A stretch of DNA of 32,116 nucleotides from a candidate division WOR-3 bacterium. GTDB lineage: Bacteria > Hydrothermota > Tepidihabitantia > Tepidihabitantales > Tepidihabitantaceae. The stretch is taken from the NCBI GenBank assembly GCA_965649295.1, contig CBFGKH010000013.1:1-32116 (forward strand), written 5' to 3'. Of this stretch, positions 7,984 through 16,184 are shown piece by piece; position 1 is the stretch's first letter; each line of letters opens with the position of its first letter. The notes below the pieces were generated by a model. That model was not told where the DNA came from. It did no database searches and worked only from the letters and a program-made list of their open reading frames with translations. The position numbers were made by a program, and so were the translations under genes.

Positions 7984-9177
7984 CTGGTCAACGAGTCTGA
8001 GCTGCAGGAGTTACTGAGGCAGCTGGGCCGTATCGGCCAGACACTGGGCACGCGGACGTTTCTTGTTGGTGGACCAGTACGGGACATGCTGCTTGGCAGA
8101 CCGAGTCCGGACATTGATGTTGCGGTTGAGTCGCAGCCGGCCGAGTTCGGCAAGGCCCTGGCCAGTGAGCTTGGCGGGCACTTTGTGTTTCATAAGCGGT
8201 TTCTGACCGGCACTGTCCGGCTCGCCTGCCGCCATATTGATATCAGCCAGACGCGAACTGAAACCTATCCGCGGCCGGCAGTGCTGCCTGTCGTAAGGCC
8301 TGCTTCGATTGAAGAGGACCTGCGTCGGCGCGATTTCACCATTAATGCAATCGCTTTTGAGTTGACACCAGAGTCGTTCGGTCGGTTGATTGACCCGCAG
8401 CAGGGTCAGGCCGACATCAGTCGGCGACAGGTTCGGGTGCTGCACGACCGTAGTTTTATTGATGACCCGACACGGATTTTCCGTGCCATCCGTTTTGCAG
8501 TCCGGCTCAACTTTGCCATTGAGCTGAAGACTCTAGAACTGCTGCGGCAGTCGGTGAAGGCTGGCTATCCAGGCCGACTTACCCCAGAGCGTATCCTCTA
8601 CGAATTGCGTTTAGTCTGCGCCGAGCCGCTGGTGTTACCGATGTTCGAGGCAATCATCCACGAGCATGTACTCGAATCGGCTATGAACTGGCAGCGACCG
8701 CGCGGTTTCTTGCTTGAGCTACAGAAGCTCGTTCGCAACGGGGTCAAGCCGAATTCGCTATTTCTTTGGTTGCTAGGGACGCTGCCCGTGAATGAACGAT
8801 TCCCAATTACTAAGGAGGAACGCGAGGCAGCGGCAGCCATGCGCTACCGGCGGCAGGTCACCCGTCAGTTGAGTAGGGTCTGCCGAGCGAGTGCGGTCTA
8901 TCGGTTATTGCGACCGCTGCCTGAGGCGACGGTGCACATTCTTGGCGCGCTTGCCGGTGGTCGGGCGCGAGAGCACATCGCCAACTACCTTGGCCGCTAC
9001 AAAGATACGAAGCCGTTTGTCACTGGTGCTGACCTGCGGGCACTAGGACTCAGGCCCGGGCCCGCGTACCAACGACTACTGAACCGTTTGCTTTATGCCC
9101 GGCTCGACGGTACAATCCGCACGATGGCGGACGAGTTGGCTTGGTTGCGTCGGGTAGCGCGGATTGGGACACGCTAA
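7984..9177 (+). CDS. tRNA nucleotidyltransferase (class II CCA/A-adding or polyA polymerase family); start uncertain
   Basis: FLVGGPVRD.LLG....DIDVAV, EEDLRRRDFTINA, LHDRSFIDDPTRIFRAIRF, G.DL..LG..PGP; no ATG/GTG/TTG between 7909 and the first motif, so CTG 7984 is tentative. Confidence 0.88.
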   Translation: MVNESELQELLRQLGRIGQTLGTRTFLVGGPVRDMLLGRPSPDIDVAVESQPAEFGKALASELGGHFVFHKRFLTGTVRLACRHIDISQTRTETYPRPAVLPVVRPASIEEDLRRRDFTINAIAFELTPESFGRLIDPQQGQADISRRQVRVLHDRSFIDDPTRIFRAIRFAVRLNFAIELKTLELLRQSVKAGYPGRLTPERILYELRLVCAEPLVLPMFEAIIHEHVLESAMNWQRPRGFLLELQKLVRNGVKPNSLFLWLLGTLPVNERFPITKEEREAAAAMRYRRQVTRQLSRVCRASAVYRLLRPLPEATVHILGALAGGRAREHIANYLGRYKDTKPFVTGADLRALGLRPGPAYQRLLNRLLYARLDGTIRTMADELAWLRRVARIGTR

Positions 9178-9806
9178 TGATGACTAGTCTGGCAAGTGTT
9201 TTTCTTGCGGCTCCAGCAATTCTATTTGGGCTGACAATCCACGAGTTTGCTCATGGCTATGTCGCCTGGCGATTGGGTGATGCCACGGCAAGGGTAATGG
9301 GCCGGCTGACACTCAATCCATTGAAGCATCTTGACCCGATCGGCACAATCGCACTGTTTCTCTTTCGGTTCGGCTGGGCTCGGCCAGTGCCGATCAATCC
9401 AGCAAACTTTCGGCATCCGACCAGAGATATGGCAGTTGCCTCGCTGGCCGGGCCACTAGCGAACTTCCTGACGGCCGTAGTTGCCGGTACAATGCTGAGG
9501 CTCTTGAGTCTGCTCGGAATCGGTGGATTTCTGTGGACCGTCACGAACTACTTTGTCTTGTTCAATCTGATCCTCTGTTTCTTTAATTTGATACCGATAC
9601 CGCCGCTGGATGGTTCACGGCTTGTCTATCATCTCTTGCCGCGTGAATTGGCTGAACGTTATGCCGCGCTCGAGCACTACGGATTCGTGATTCTTATTGG
9701 CGTGATTCTCGTTGGCCAACTGACCGGTATTTCGCTCTTCGGGCTCTACATGACGCCGTTGCTGCGGATGTTCGGTGTTGTGCTAACCGGCCGACCGCTG
9801 GCCTAG
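9177..9806 (+). CDS. Site-2 protease, peptidase M50 family
   Basis: HEFAH zinc motif, GRLTLNPLKHLDP, AGPLAN, FNLIPIPPLDG. Confidence 0.94.
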   Translation: MMTSLASVFLAAPAILFGLTIHEFAHGYVAWRLGDATARVMGRLTLNPLKHLDPIGTIALFLFRFGWARPVPINPANFRHPTRDMAVASLAGPLANFLTAVVAGTMLRLLSLLGIGGFLWTVTNYFVLFNLILCFFNLIPIPPLDGSRLVYHLLPRELAERYAALEHYGFVILIGVILVGQLTGISLFGLYMTPLLRMFGVVLTGRPLA

Positions 9807-9807
9807 C

Positions 9808-12429
9808 ATGGCGGCCAAGTCGAAGTCAGCAGCGACGAATTCAGGCGGCGCTAGACTTGCTTTTGGCATTGCGGTCGCCGTGCTTGTGCTGTTTGCGACA
9901 GCGAGTCTCGTCTGCCACTACTTCATCAACCGGCCACCAAGCACGAATTACTGCGGGCCGTTAGGTTGGTGGCTGGCACGGGGGCTTGATTTCTTGCTGG
10001 GTAAGTCGAGTCTCGGACTACCGTTTGTTATTGTACTGGCAGCAGTGCTCTGGTTTGGGTCGGCCAAGAACTGGCGGCGGTTGGTTGCCTTGCTGGTCGG
10101 AGCAGCTGCTCTGTTCTTAGGGCTGGCGCTAGTTTCCTATCAGCTGCCGGTCCTGTTTAGCTGGCGCCTCGTTGGGAAGGCCGGAGAGCTGCTGGGTTAT
10201 CTCTTTTCCTGGCTTAGCGGATACGGAGCGTATTGTGGGCCAGTATTGCTGATGATCTGGGCTCGCAACATCTGGTCGGCCCGACCAGTTCGTCCGGACA
10301 TTCTGCAATCGGTGTTCATCGCATTGATGGCAGGTTTCTTTTCCACGGCGTTGGCCTATTTTGTGCCAAGTCGGTATGTTCTGCTGGCACCCGCTGCCCG
10401 ACCACTGCCGTTGGGCGGCATCATCGGGCTTCGAGTCAGGGCTGGCCTAGAGGCGTTGCTTGGTCCGGTTGGAACATTGATTGCGCTGGTTGGTCTTTTT
10501 CTTATCACGTTGGCGCTTTTCGCCAAGCTACGAGTGCCGGAGGTGGCATGGTTGCGACTAGGCTGGCTGGAACTAGTTCACTTCTTCCAACCTCGTTCCA
10601 AGGTTCGGAAGGCGGAAACAACGACTGCTGATGGCAGTACATCGGAGTCACCTCTAGCTAGACCGAAACCTCCGGCTGTGGAGCCAATAGAGGTATCGGA
10701 ACGATCCGAGCCGAAGGACGCAACTACTGCACCAGGATCAGCACGAGCACGAAAAACTTTCCCTAATCCGACCAAATTCAACCTAAGCGAGTTTCAGACA
10801 CGGTTTCTTGACTGTCTTGACCAGCCGACAGAGCAGGACAAGGTTAGCAAGGATCGGCGCGAATCAGAGCAGGAAGCTGTGGTTCTTCTTGACAAGCTGC
10901 GACAGTTTGGCATTGACGGTCGCATTGCTGATATCCTGTCCGGCCCGATGATTACCCGTTTCGAACTCGAGCCGGCGCCAGGCGTCAAGATTCAGAGCAT
11001 TGCTAGCCGTCAAGATGACATATCGCTGGCGCTAGCCGCTGAGCGAATTCGCATTCTCGCGCCGATACCGGGCAAGAATGCTGTTGGGATTGAGGTGCCA
11101 AACAAGAACCGACGGACGGTCTATCTTCGTGAAGTGCTGACAAGTCAAGCGTTCCGAGAGGAGCGTTCGCCCCTTGGATTTGCGCTGGGCACGACCATCA
11201 CCGGTGAACCGGCCTGCGCTGATTTGCGAGTGATGCCCCATGTTCTGATTGCTGGTACCACTGGTTCGGGCAAGTCGGTCTGTATCAACTCGATAATTGC
11301 ATCAATTATTTATCGTTCGTCGCCGGCCGAAGTGCGATTTCTGACGATTGACCCGAAGCAGCTCGAACTGCCGGTTTACAACCCAATACCACATCTACTC
11401 AATCCGACAACCATCGATCCAACCAGGGCGGTGAATGAGCTTAACCGTATCGTGGCGATAATGGAAACTCGCTACGGTGAGTTTGCCAATCTGGGAGTGC
11501 GTGATATTGTCGGTTACAACCAGCGGGCGATGGCCGAGGGGTTCGTCCCCAAGCCCTACATCATCGTCATAATTGATGAGCTTGCTGACCTGATGCTGCG
11601 TGCTCCCAATGAGATTGAGGAGCGCATCACCCGACTGGCGCAGATGTCGCGAGCGGTTGGCATTCACTTGATTCTGGCGACCCAGCGGCCGTCGGTTGAT
11701 GTCATCACTGGGCTAATCAAAGCCAATTTTCCGTGTCGGATTGCCTTCCAAGTCGCGTCCAAAACGGACTCGCGGACGATTCTCGACATGAACGGTGCTG
11801 AGTCCTTGCTGGGACGTGGCGACATGCTCTTCCTGCCGCCGGGCAAAGGTGAGCCAGCGCGACTGCACGGTTGCTTCGTTTCCGATCGTGCTGCCAAGCG
11901 AATTGTTGACCTCTGGGCTGAGACGCATCTGGCAGCGATGCTCGCCGGTTTGGTTGAGGACCCAGTCGGCCGGGCGCGACAGATTGTCGAGCGGGAAGTT
12001 GTTGATGTCTTCTACGATCGTGAGAAGTCCGGAATCAAGGCCAAGCAGGAGAATCTCCGTTCAATCTTGCCTGACGATGTAGTTGACACACTGATGGCGC
12101 GCAAATACTATGAGACACTGCCCGAGGAAAGTCCTGAGACTCTGGCTGAGCGCAGCCGGGCCCAGGCGGACGAAGGCCGCGAGCTGGATGAGAAGTTCGT
12201 CGAGGCGGCCCAGATTGTTGTCCGCCACCGAGAGGCATCGGTTTCAATGCTTCAGCGCCGGCTGGACATCGGCTGGGCACGAGCCGGCCGCATAATCGAC
12301 CAACTCGAACAGTATGGGATTGTCGGGCCCTATGTGGGCTCGAAGTCACGTAAAGTGCTGGTCGAGAACGAGGCAAGCCTGGCTCAGTTGCTCTCTAAGG
12401 CAGGACGCTCGGGAGTGAAAGAACAATAA
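9808..12429 (+). CDS. ftsK: DNA translocase FtsK/SpoIIIE
   Basis: Multi-TM N-terminus, Walker A GTTGSGKS, IDPKQLEL, IIDELADL, LATQRPS, GAESLLGRGDML, gamma domain ASVSMLQRRLDIGWARAGRIIDQLE. Confidence 0.97.
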   Translation: MAAKSKSAATNSGGARLAFGIAVAVLVLFATASLVCHYFINRPPSTNYCGPLGWWLARGLDFLLGKSSLGLPFVIVLAAVLWFGSAKNWRRLVALLVGAAALFLGLALVSYQLPVLFSWRLVGKAGELLGYLFSWLSGYGAYCGPVLLMIWARNIWSARPVRPDILQSVFIALMAGFFSTALAYFVPSRYVLLAPAARPLPLGGIIGLRVRAGLEALLGPVGTLIALVGLFLITLALFAKLRVPEVAWLRLGWLELVHFFQPRSKVRKAETTTADGSTSESPLARPKPPAVEPIEVSERSEPKDATTAPGSARARKTFPNPTKFNLSEFQTRFLDCLDQPTEQDKVSKDRRESEQEAVVLLDKLRQFGIDGRIADILSGPMITRFELEPAPGVKIQSIASRQDDISLALAAERIRILAPIPGKNAVGIEVPNKNRRTVYLREVLTSQAFREERSPLGFALGTTITGEPACADLRVMPHVLIAGTTGSGKSVCINSIIASIIYRSSPAEVRFLTIDPKQLELPVYNPIPHLLNPTTIDPTRAVNELNRIVAIMETRYGEFANLGVRDIVGYNQRAMAEGFVPKPYIIVIIDELADLMLRAPNEIEERITRLAQMSRAVGIHLILATQRPSVDVITGLIKANFPCRIAFQVASKTDSRTILDMNGAESLLGRGDMLFLPPGKGEPARLHGCFVSDRAAKRIVDLWAETHLAAMLAGLVEDPVGRARQIVEREVVDVFYDREKSGIKAKQENLRSILPDDVVDTLMARKYYETLPEESPETLAERSRAQADEGRELDEKFVEAAQIVVRHREASVSMLQRRLDIGWARAGRIIDQLEQYGIVGPYVGSKSRKVLVENEASLAQLLSKAGRSGVKEQ

Positions 12430-12436
12430 GGCAAAG

Positions 12437-13099
12437 ATGATTGACCGCAAGACCGTTGGGCGCTGGGTGCAGGAGATTACCCGACAGATACCGGCTCACA
12501 ATAACGACGAGCTACGCCGTTTCATCGAGGTCAAACCCGAGGGTAAGATCGTCTTGCCTAAACCCGAGCTCTGGGTTGACGACCACTGGTTCTCGATTCG
12601 CCGTTATCACGATGCAGTTACCGGTGAGGATATCCTTGAGGTCTATGTTGGCAATCGGGCAAATGGCGAAGAGTACATGGGCTACGACCGAATTGATCCA
12701 AGGTGGCACGACGCCGAAGGCCGCGACATGAAGCGTTGGGAACTGACACGAGCGTACATGCGGCCGAGATTCCGGGGGCGGAACTACTCGCTGTTCATGG
12801 TCGAGCTCGTGATCGCGTTGGCTCGTAAGAACAAGGCCTACTCAGTGGTTGCCTACCCACGCCACGTGGCGATGCTGGTTACACTGCTTAACTACGGGTT
12901 CAAGACCATGGAAGGGAATTATGACAGCACGCTGCACCGGATTCTTAGGCAGGGAAAGCTTTGGTACGGGCACAACACTGCCCAGCGGCAGTTGTACTAC
13001 GCTCAGGAGTTCCGGCCTTTCATTCAAGACGGCAGCTTTATTATGGAGCTGCGCGTGCGGAAGGTCGGGCTTTGGGACTACCTGATGGAAAAGGTCTAG
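12437..13099 (+). CDS. Hypothetical protein with GNAT-like acetyltransferase motifs
   Basis: LTRAYMRPRFRGRNYS (acetyl-CoA motif A-like) and ...LLNYGF (motif B-like); 7 bp after ftsK. Confidence 0.6.
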   Translation: MIDRKTVGRWVQEITRQIPAHNNDELRRFIEVKPEGKIVLPKPELWVDDHWFSIRRYHDAVTGEDILEVYVGNRANGEEYMGYDRIDPRWHDAEGRDMKRWELTRAYMRPRFRGRNYSLFMVELVIALARKNKAYSVVAYPRHVAMLVTLLNYGFKTMEGNYDSTLHRILRQGKLWYGHNTAQRQLYYAQEFRPFIQDGSFIMELRVRKVGLWDYLMEKV

Positions 13100-14107
13100 T
13101 CAGTTCAGCTCGATTCGTCTCAGTCGAGCAGCACCGACAATGCCAGCATCGTTGCCGAGCTCGGCGAAGCAAATATCAAGCCGTCGGCCGGGAAAGTTCG
13201 GAATGTAGGCGAAAACCGTTCGTTTCAAACCTCGCAATAGCGGGCTGCCAATCCGAGAAACACCGCCACCGACGACAATTTTTTCTGGATCAACAATCTG
13301 GACTGCGTTGGCTAGGCCGACTCCTAAGTGGAACGCCAGTTCGTCAACCAGTTCCACCGCCAACTTGTCGCCACGGCGAGCAGCCATGCCGATTTCACGA
13401 GTAGTGATGCGCGAATAGTCGCCACTTGCCAGTTCGAGGATTAGGCTCGGCCCATCGGCAGGCCGGACGCCAAACAGGCTAGTCTGGTTTCTATGCACTG
13501 TCAGCTTTTTTTGCTGAACACGGATACGTTTTCGTGCGCGGTCCACAAGGTAGGCAGCCCCAACATATCGCTCGACGCAGCCGCGGCTCCCGCAGCGGCA
13601 GGGTGGGCCGCCAGTAGCAATGCTGGTATGGCCCACTTCGCCGGCAGCGTGATTGGCACCAAGTAACAGTTTGCCGCCGGTAATGATGCCGCCACCAAGC
13701 CCAGTTCCGAGGGTAACACAGAGAAGGTCTTGACAACCGCGACCAGCACCGTGTAGCCATTCACCAACTGCCATCGCGTTGACGTCGTTGGCAACGAAAA
13801 TTGGGACACGGAGGAGCTTAGTGAGTAATTCCTTGATTGGGGTGCCATTCCAGCCGGGCAGATTGGGGGGTACACGGACAATACCGTTGGTATGGTCAAC
13901 AAGGCCAGCGATGCCGACGCCGACTGAGGCTATCCGCTTGCCTGACCGTAACTCGCTGACCGCGGCCGCGATACGCTCCAGTGTCGGTATTGGGCCGGAG
14001 TTGGCCTTGGTAGGTAACGATCTACGTGCTAGTACTCGCCCTTCGCGGTCAACCAGACCGAGCTTGATATTGGTTCCGCCAATGTCAATGCCGACGTCGA
14101 TGGTCAT
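13100..14107 (-). CDS. ROK family sugar kinase (glucokinase-like)
   Basis: GIDIGGT, NDVNAMAVGE, TLGTGLGGG, GEVGH, CRCGSRGCVE zinc motif, VVGGGV, LGNDAGIVGAA; no N-terminal HTH. Confidence 0.93.
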   Translation of the reverse strand: MTIDVGIDIGGTNIKLGLVDREGRVLARRSLPTKANSGPIPTLERIAAAVSELRSGKRIASVGVGIAGLVDHTNGIVRVPPNLPGWNGTPIKELLTKLLRVPIFVANDVNAMAVGEWLHGAGRGCQDLLCVTLGTGLGGGIITGGKLLLGANHAAGEVGHTSIATGGPPCRCGSRGCVERYVGAAYLVDRARKRIRVQQKKLTVHRNQTSLFGVRPADGPSLILELASGDYSRITTREIGMAARRGDKLAVELVDELAFHLGVGLANAVQIVDPEKIVVGGGVSRIGSPLLRGLKRTVFAYIPNFPGRRLDICFAELGNDAGIVGAARLRRIELN

Positions 14108-15321
14108 GTTGGTGAGCGAGTTCCCGAAGGGGTGTTCGGCCGAGTTTGTTTTTGAAAGAGGACACGCAGGGCCCGTTCATAGGCCTGGCTCATCTTAACC
14201 CCGCGTCGGCTCATTACCTGCCGAGCATTCTCGATTGCTACCGCGATCGGCCAGCGGGCCTTGGTTCCCCAAGCGAACGCCGGAATCTCTTTCGGAGACA
14301 GACCAGACTCAAACCAGTTGGCGAATGTGCCGACTCGTGTGCCGGTATTGAGTAATGTGCCAATGGCAGTCTTGGCGTGGTCACCGATGAAACAGCCGAC
14401 TTTGAGCAGACCTGAGTCAATAGGCTTGCCGTCAAAGAAGACCGACACTGGCTGGTATGAATTCTTCAGGTCAGAATTGGTCGTGAGGGCGCCGAGGTTT
14501 ACCCACTCGCCGACGAAGCTGTGACCGATGAATCCGCTGTGGTGTTTGTTTGAGTATCCCTGGAACACGCTTGACTCGACCTCGCCACCAATCCTGCATT
14601 GGGGGCCAAAGCTACAGCCAGGACGTACCTGCGCTCCATCAATAACCGTGCCTGGGCCAATATAACATGGTCCTTCAACAAAGCTGCCCGGCCGGATAAC
14701 AGCCAGACGATCGACAAATACCGGACCGGTTGCAGTCGAGATTACTGCCCCGGGCCAGAGTTCTGCCGTTTCGGCCAGGTGGAGCTTGCTTCTTGGTCCG
14801 ACTAAGGTTACACCTTTCGGCAGTCGTCGGGTGCTGGTAGCTGCTTTCTGGTTCTGGTTTCCTAGTTCGCGGCGAAGCTCGGCTGCGTTCCGTTCAATGA
14901 TGTCCCACGGCCACTGCATCAATCGTGCCCGGACTTGTTCTTCGGGCAATTCAGCTCGGAGAACCGCGTTTCTGGCCAACTGTTTCGCGTGCTCGGCGCC
15001 GATTCGGAATCCTACTACGTAATCATCGCAGAGTAGTACTGCATTGCGACCGTAGGGGGAGATCGGTTCGTCGAGGATTGCCCGCGCAGACAGCCAGAGT
15101 CGGCAGTTGGTGACCGGTTTGTTCACATAACAGTCAGGGTGGTTTTCGGCAGCAATTTCGGCCAGTTCATCACGCAGCCATAGGTTGAACTCTGTGGTTG
15201 GGTAGAAGCGGCGTAGCTTCTCGAGCAGAGTCAACCTTCCGCAGAGTATGTCGCATGTCGGTCTCAGGTCACACAGCGGCGATAGCCGAGCAACTTCGTC
15301 GTCCTCGTAGATGCAGATCAC
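14104..15321 (-). CDS. GlmU-related putative sugar nucleotidyltransferase/acetyltransferase with left-handed beta-helix
   Basis: N-terminal L.PL...RP..DI.CG..TL.EK; hexapeptide repeats; GGEVESSVFQGYSNKHHSGFIGHS.VGEWVNLGA.TTNSDLKN. Confidence 0.88.
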   Translation of the reverse strand: MICIYEDDEVARLSPLCDLRPTCDILCGRLTLLEKLRRFYPTTEFNLWLRDELAEIAAENHPDCYVNKPVTNCRLWLSARAILDEPISPYGRNAVLLCDDYVVGFRIGAEHAKQLARNAVLRAELPEEQVRARLMQWPWDIIERNAAELRRELGNQNQKAATSTRRLPKGVTLVGPRSKLHLAETAELWPGAVISTATGPVFVDRLAVIRPGSFVEGPCYIGPGTVIDGAQVRPGCSFGPQCRIGGEVESSVFQGYSNKHHSGFIGHSFVGEWVNLGALTTNSDLKNSYQPVSVFFDGKPIDSGLLKVGCFIGDHAKTAIGTLLNTGTRVGTFANWFESGLSPKEIPAFAWGTKARWPIAVAIENARQVMSRRGVKMSQAYERALRVLFQKQTRPNTPSGTRSPT

Positions 15322-15327
15322 AGGCCT

Positions 15328-15355
15328 AGAATAAAAAGCGGCAGGCAGCTGTCAA
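15328..15355 (-). promoter_or_regulatory. sigma70 promoter embedded in the terminator, for the GlmU-like/ROK operon
   Basis: TTGACA (15355-15350), 16 bp, TATTCT (15333-15328); predicted +1 near 15321, the GTG start. Confidence 0.65.
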
Positions 15356-15368
15356 GCTGCCTGCCGCC
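15333..15368 (-). terminator. Intrinsic terminator downstream of the orphan ORF
   Basis: Minus strand GCGGCAGGCAGCT-TGAC-AGCTGCCTGCCGC then TTTTTATT. Confidence 0.8.
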
Positions 15369-15395
15369 TTCTCCGCGCTGCTGCCTTGGTCTCCT

Positions 15396-16040
15396 TTAGT
15401 CGGGCGGGTTGGGCCGCACGCGCGGGTCAATCTTAGCGGTCACGGTGACAGCGCAGAGGTCTTGCATGGCTGGGTCACACTGTTGAATGGCGAGGCGACG
15501 TGGCAGTGTCATCTCGCCATAGCGATAACGCAACTGGGCAACGACACGTTCTTCGGCCGAGGCAGCACGGGCGCCAGGCCAGACTGCAGCCTCAAGCACG
15601 GCGCGGGCGACATCCTCGTCACTTGTCACCGAGTGGATTTCGGCGCGGAAATACTCTTCCCAAGCAGATCTTAGTTCGTCATTGTCAGGAGCCTGGTGGG
15701 TGCTTTCGCGGTCGAAAGCGTAGCGATACCAAGACGCTACCTTTCGATAGACGCGAGGTAGGTAGGGTAGGTCAGGCGTCAACATGTCGGCGAGGCGCTC
15801 CACCAGTTCGGTTTCGACACCGAGGGTATCGCAGGCCGCGACATACCGTCGTTTGGTTGTATCGAAGAGTTCGTGGATTAGCAATGGGTAGCTATCACGC
15901 TGAATCTCTTTTAGCGATCGATTGGCATCACCGAAGAAGGCCGGTATCCAGAAAGGTATGACCTCAGACCATTCGACACCGGTCGAGATTGTCAGACCGA
16001 TAGGTTCGGACAGTATTTCTTGCATCTCCTGCCTCAGCAC
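15396..16040 (-). CDS. Hypothetical protein (orphan, probably alpha-helical)
   Basis: 214-aa ORF with protein-like composition, bracketed by its own consensus promoter and terminator. Confidence 0.7.
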   Translation of the reverse strand: MLRQEMQEILSEPIGLTISTGVEWSEVIPFWIPAFFGDANRSLKEIQRDSYPLLIHELFDTTKRRYVAACDTLGVETELVERLADMLTPDLPYLPRVYRKVASWYRYAFDRESTHQAPDNDELRSAWEEYFRAEIHSVTSDEDVARAVLEAAVWPGARAASAEERVVAQLRYRYGEMTLPRRLAIQQCDPAMQDLCAVTVTAKIDPRVRPNPPD

Positions 16041-16063
16041 AGTTTGATCGTAGCCTCGTAGAA

Positions 16064-16092
16064 ATTATAGGACTGTACTTCGTACTTGTCAA
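16064..16092 (-). promoter_or_regulatory. Perfect consensus sigma70 promoter
   Basis: TTGACA (16092-16087), 17 bp, TATAAT (16069-16064). Confidence 0.85.
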
Positions 16093-16138
16093 GCGCGCAA
16101 AGTTGCTGTTCTAGGATCAAGCTGTTTCTGGTAAGAGC

Positions 16139-16170
16139 GAAGCCGGCTCTCGCTAAGGAGAGCCGGCTTC
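16139..16170 (-). terminator. Hairpin after the lipoprotein gene, probable terminator
   Basis: GAAGCCGGCTCTC-gctaag-GAGAGCCGGCTTC 13-bp perfect stem, 14 nt after the stop; weak U tract. Confidence 0.65.
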
Positions 16171-16184
16171 AGACTAGATGTATG

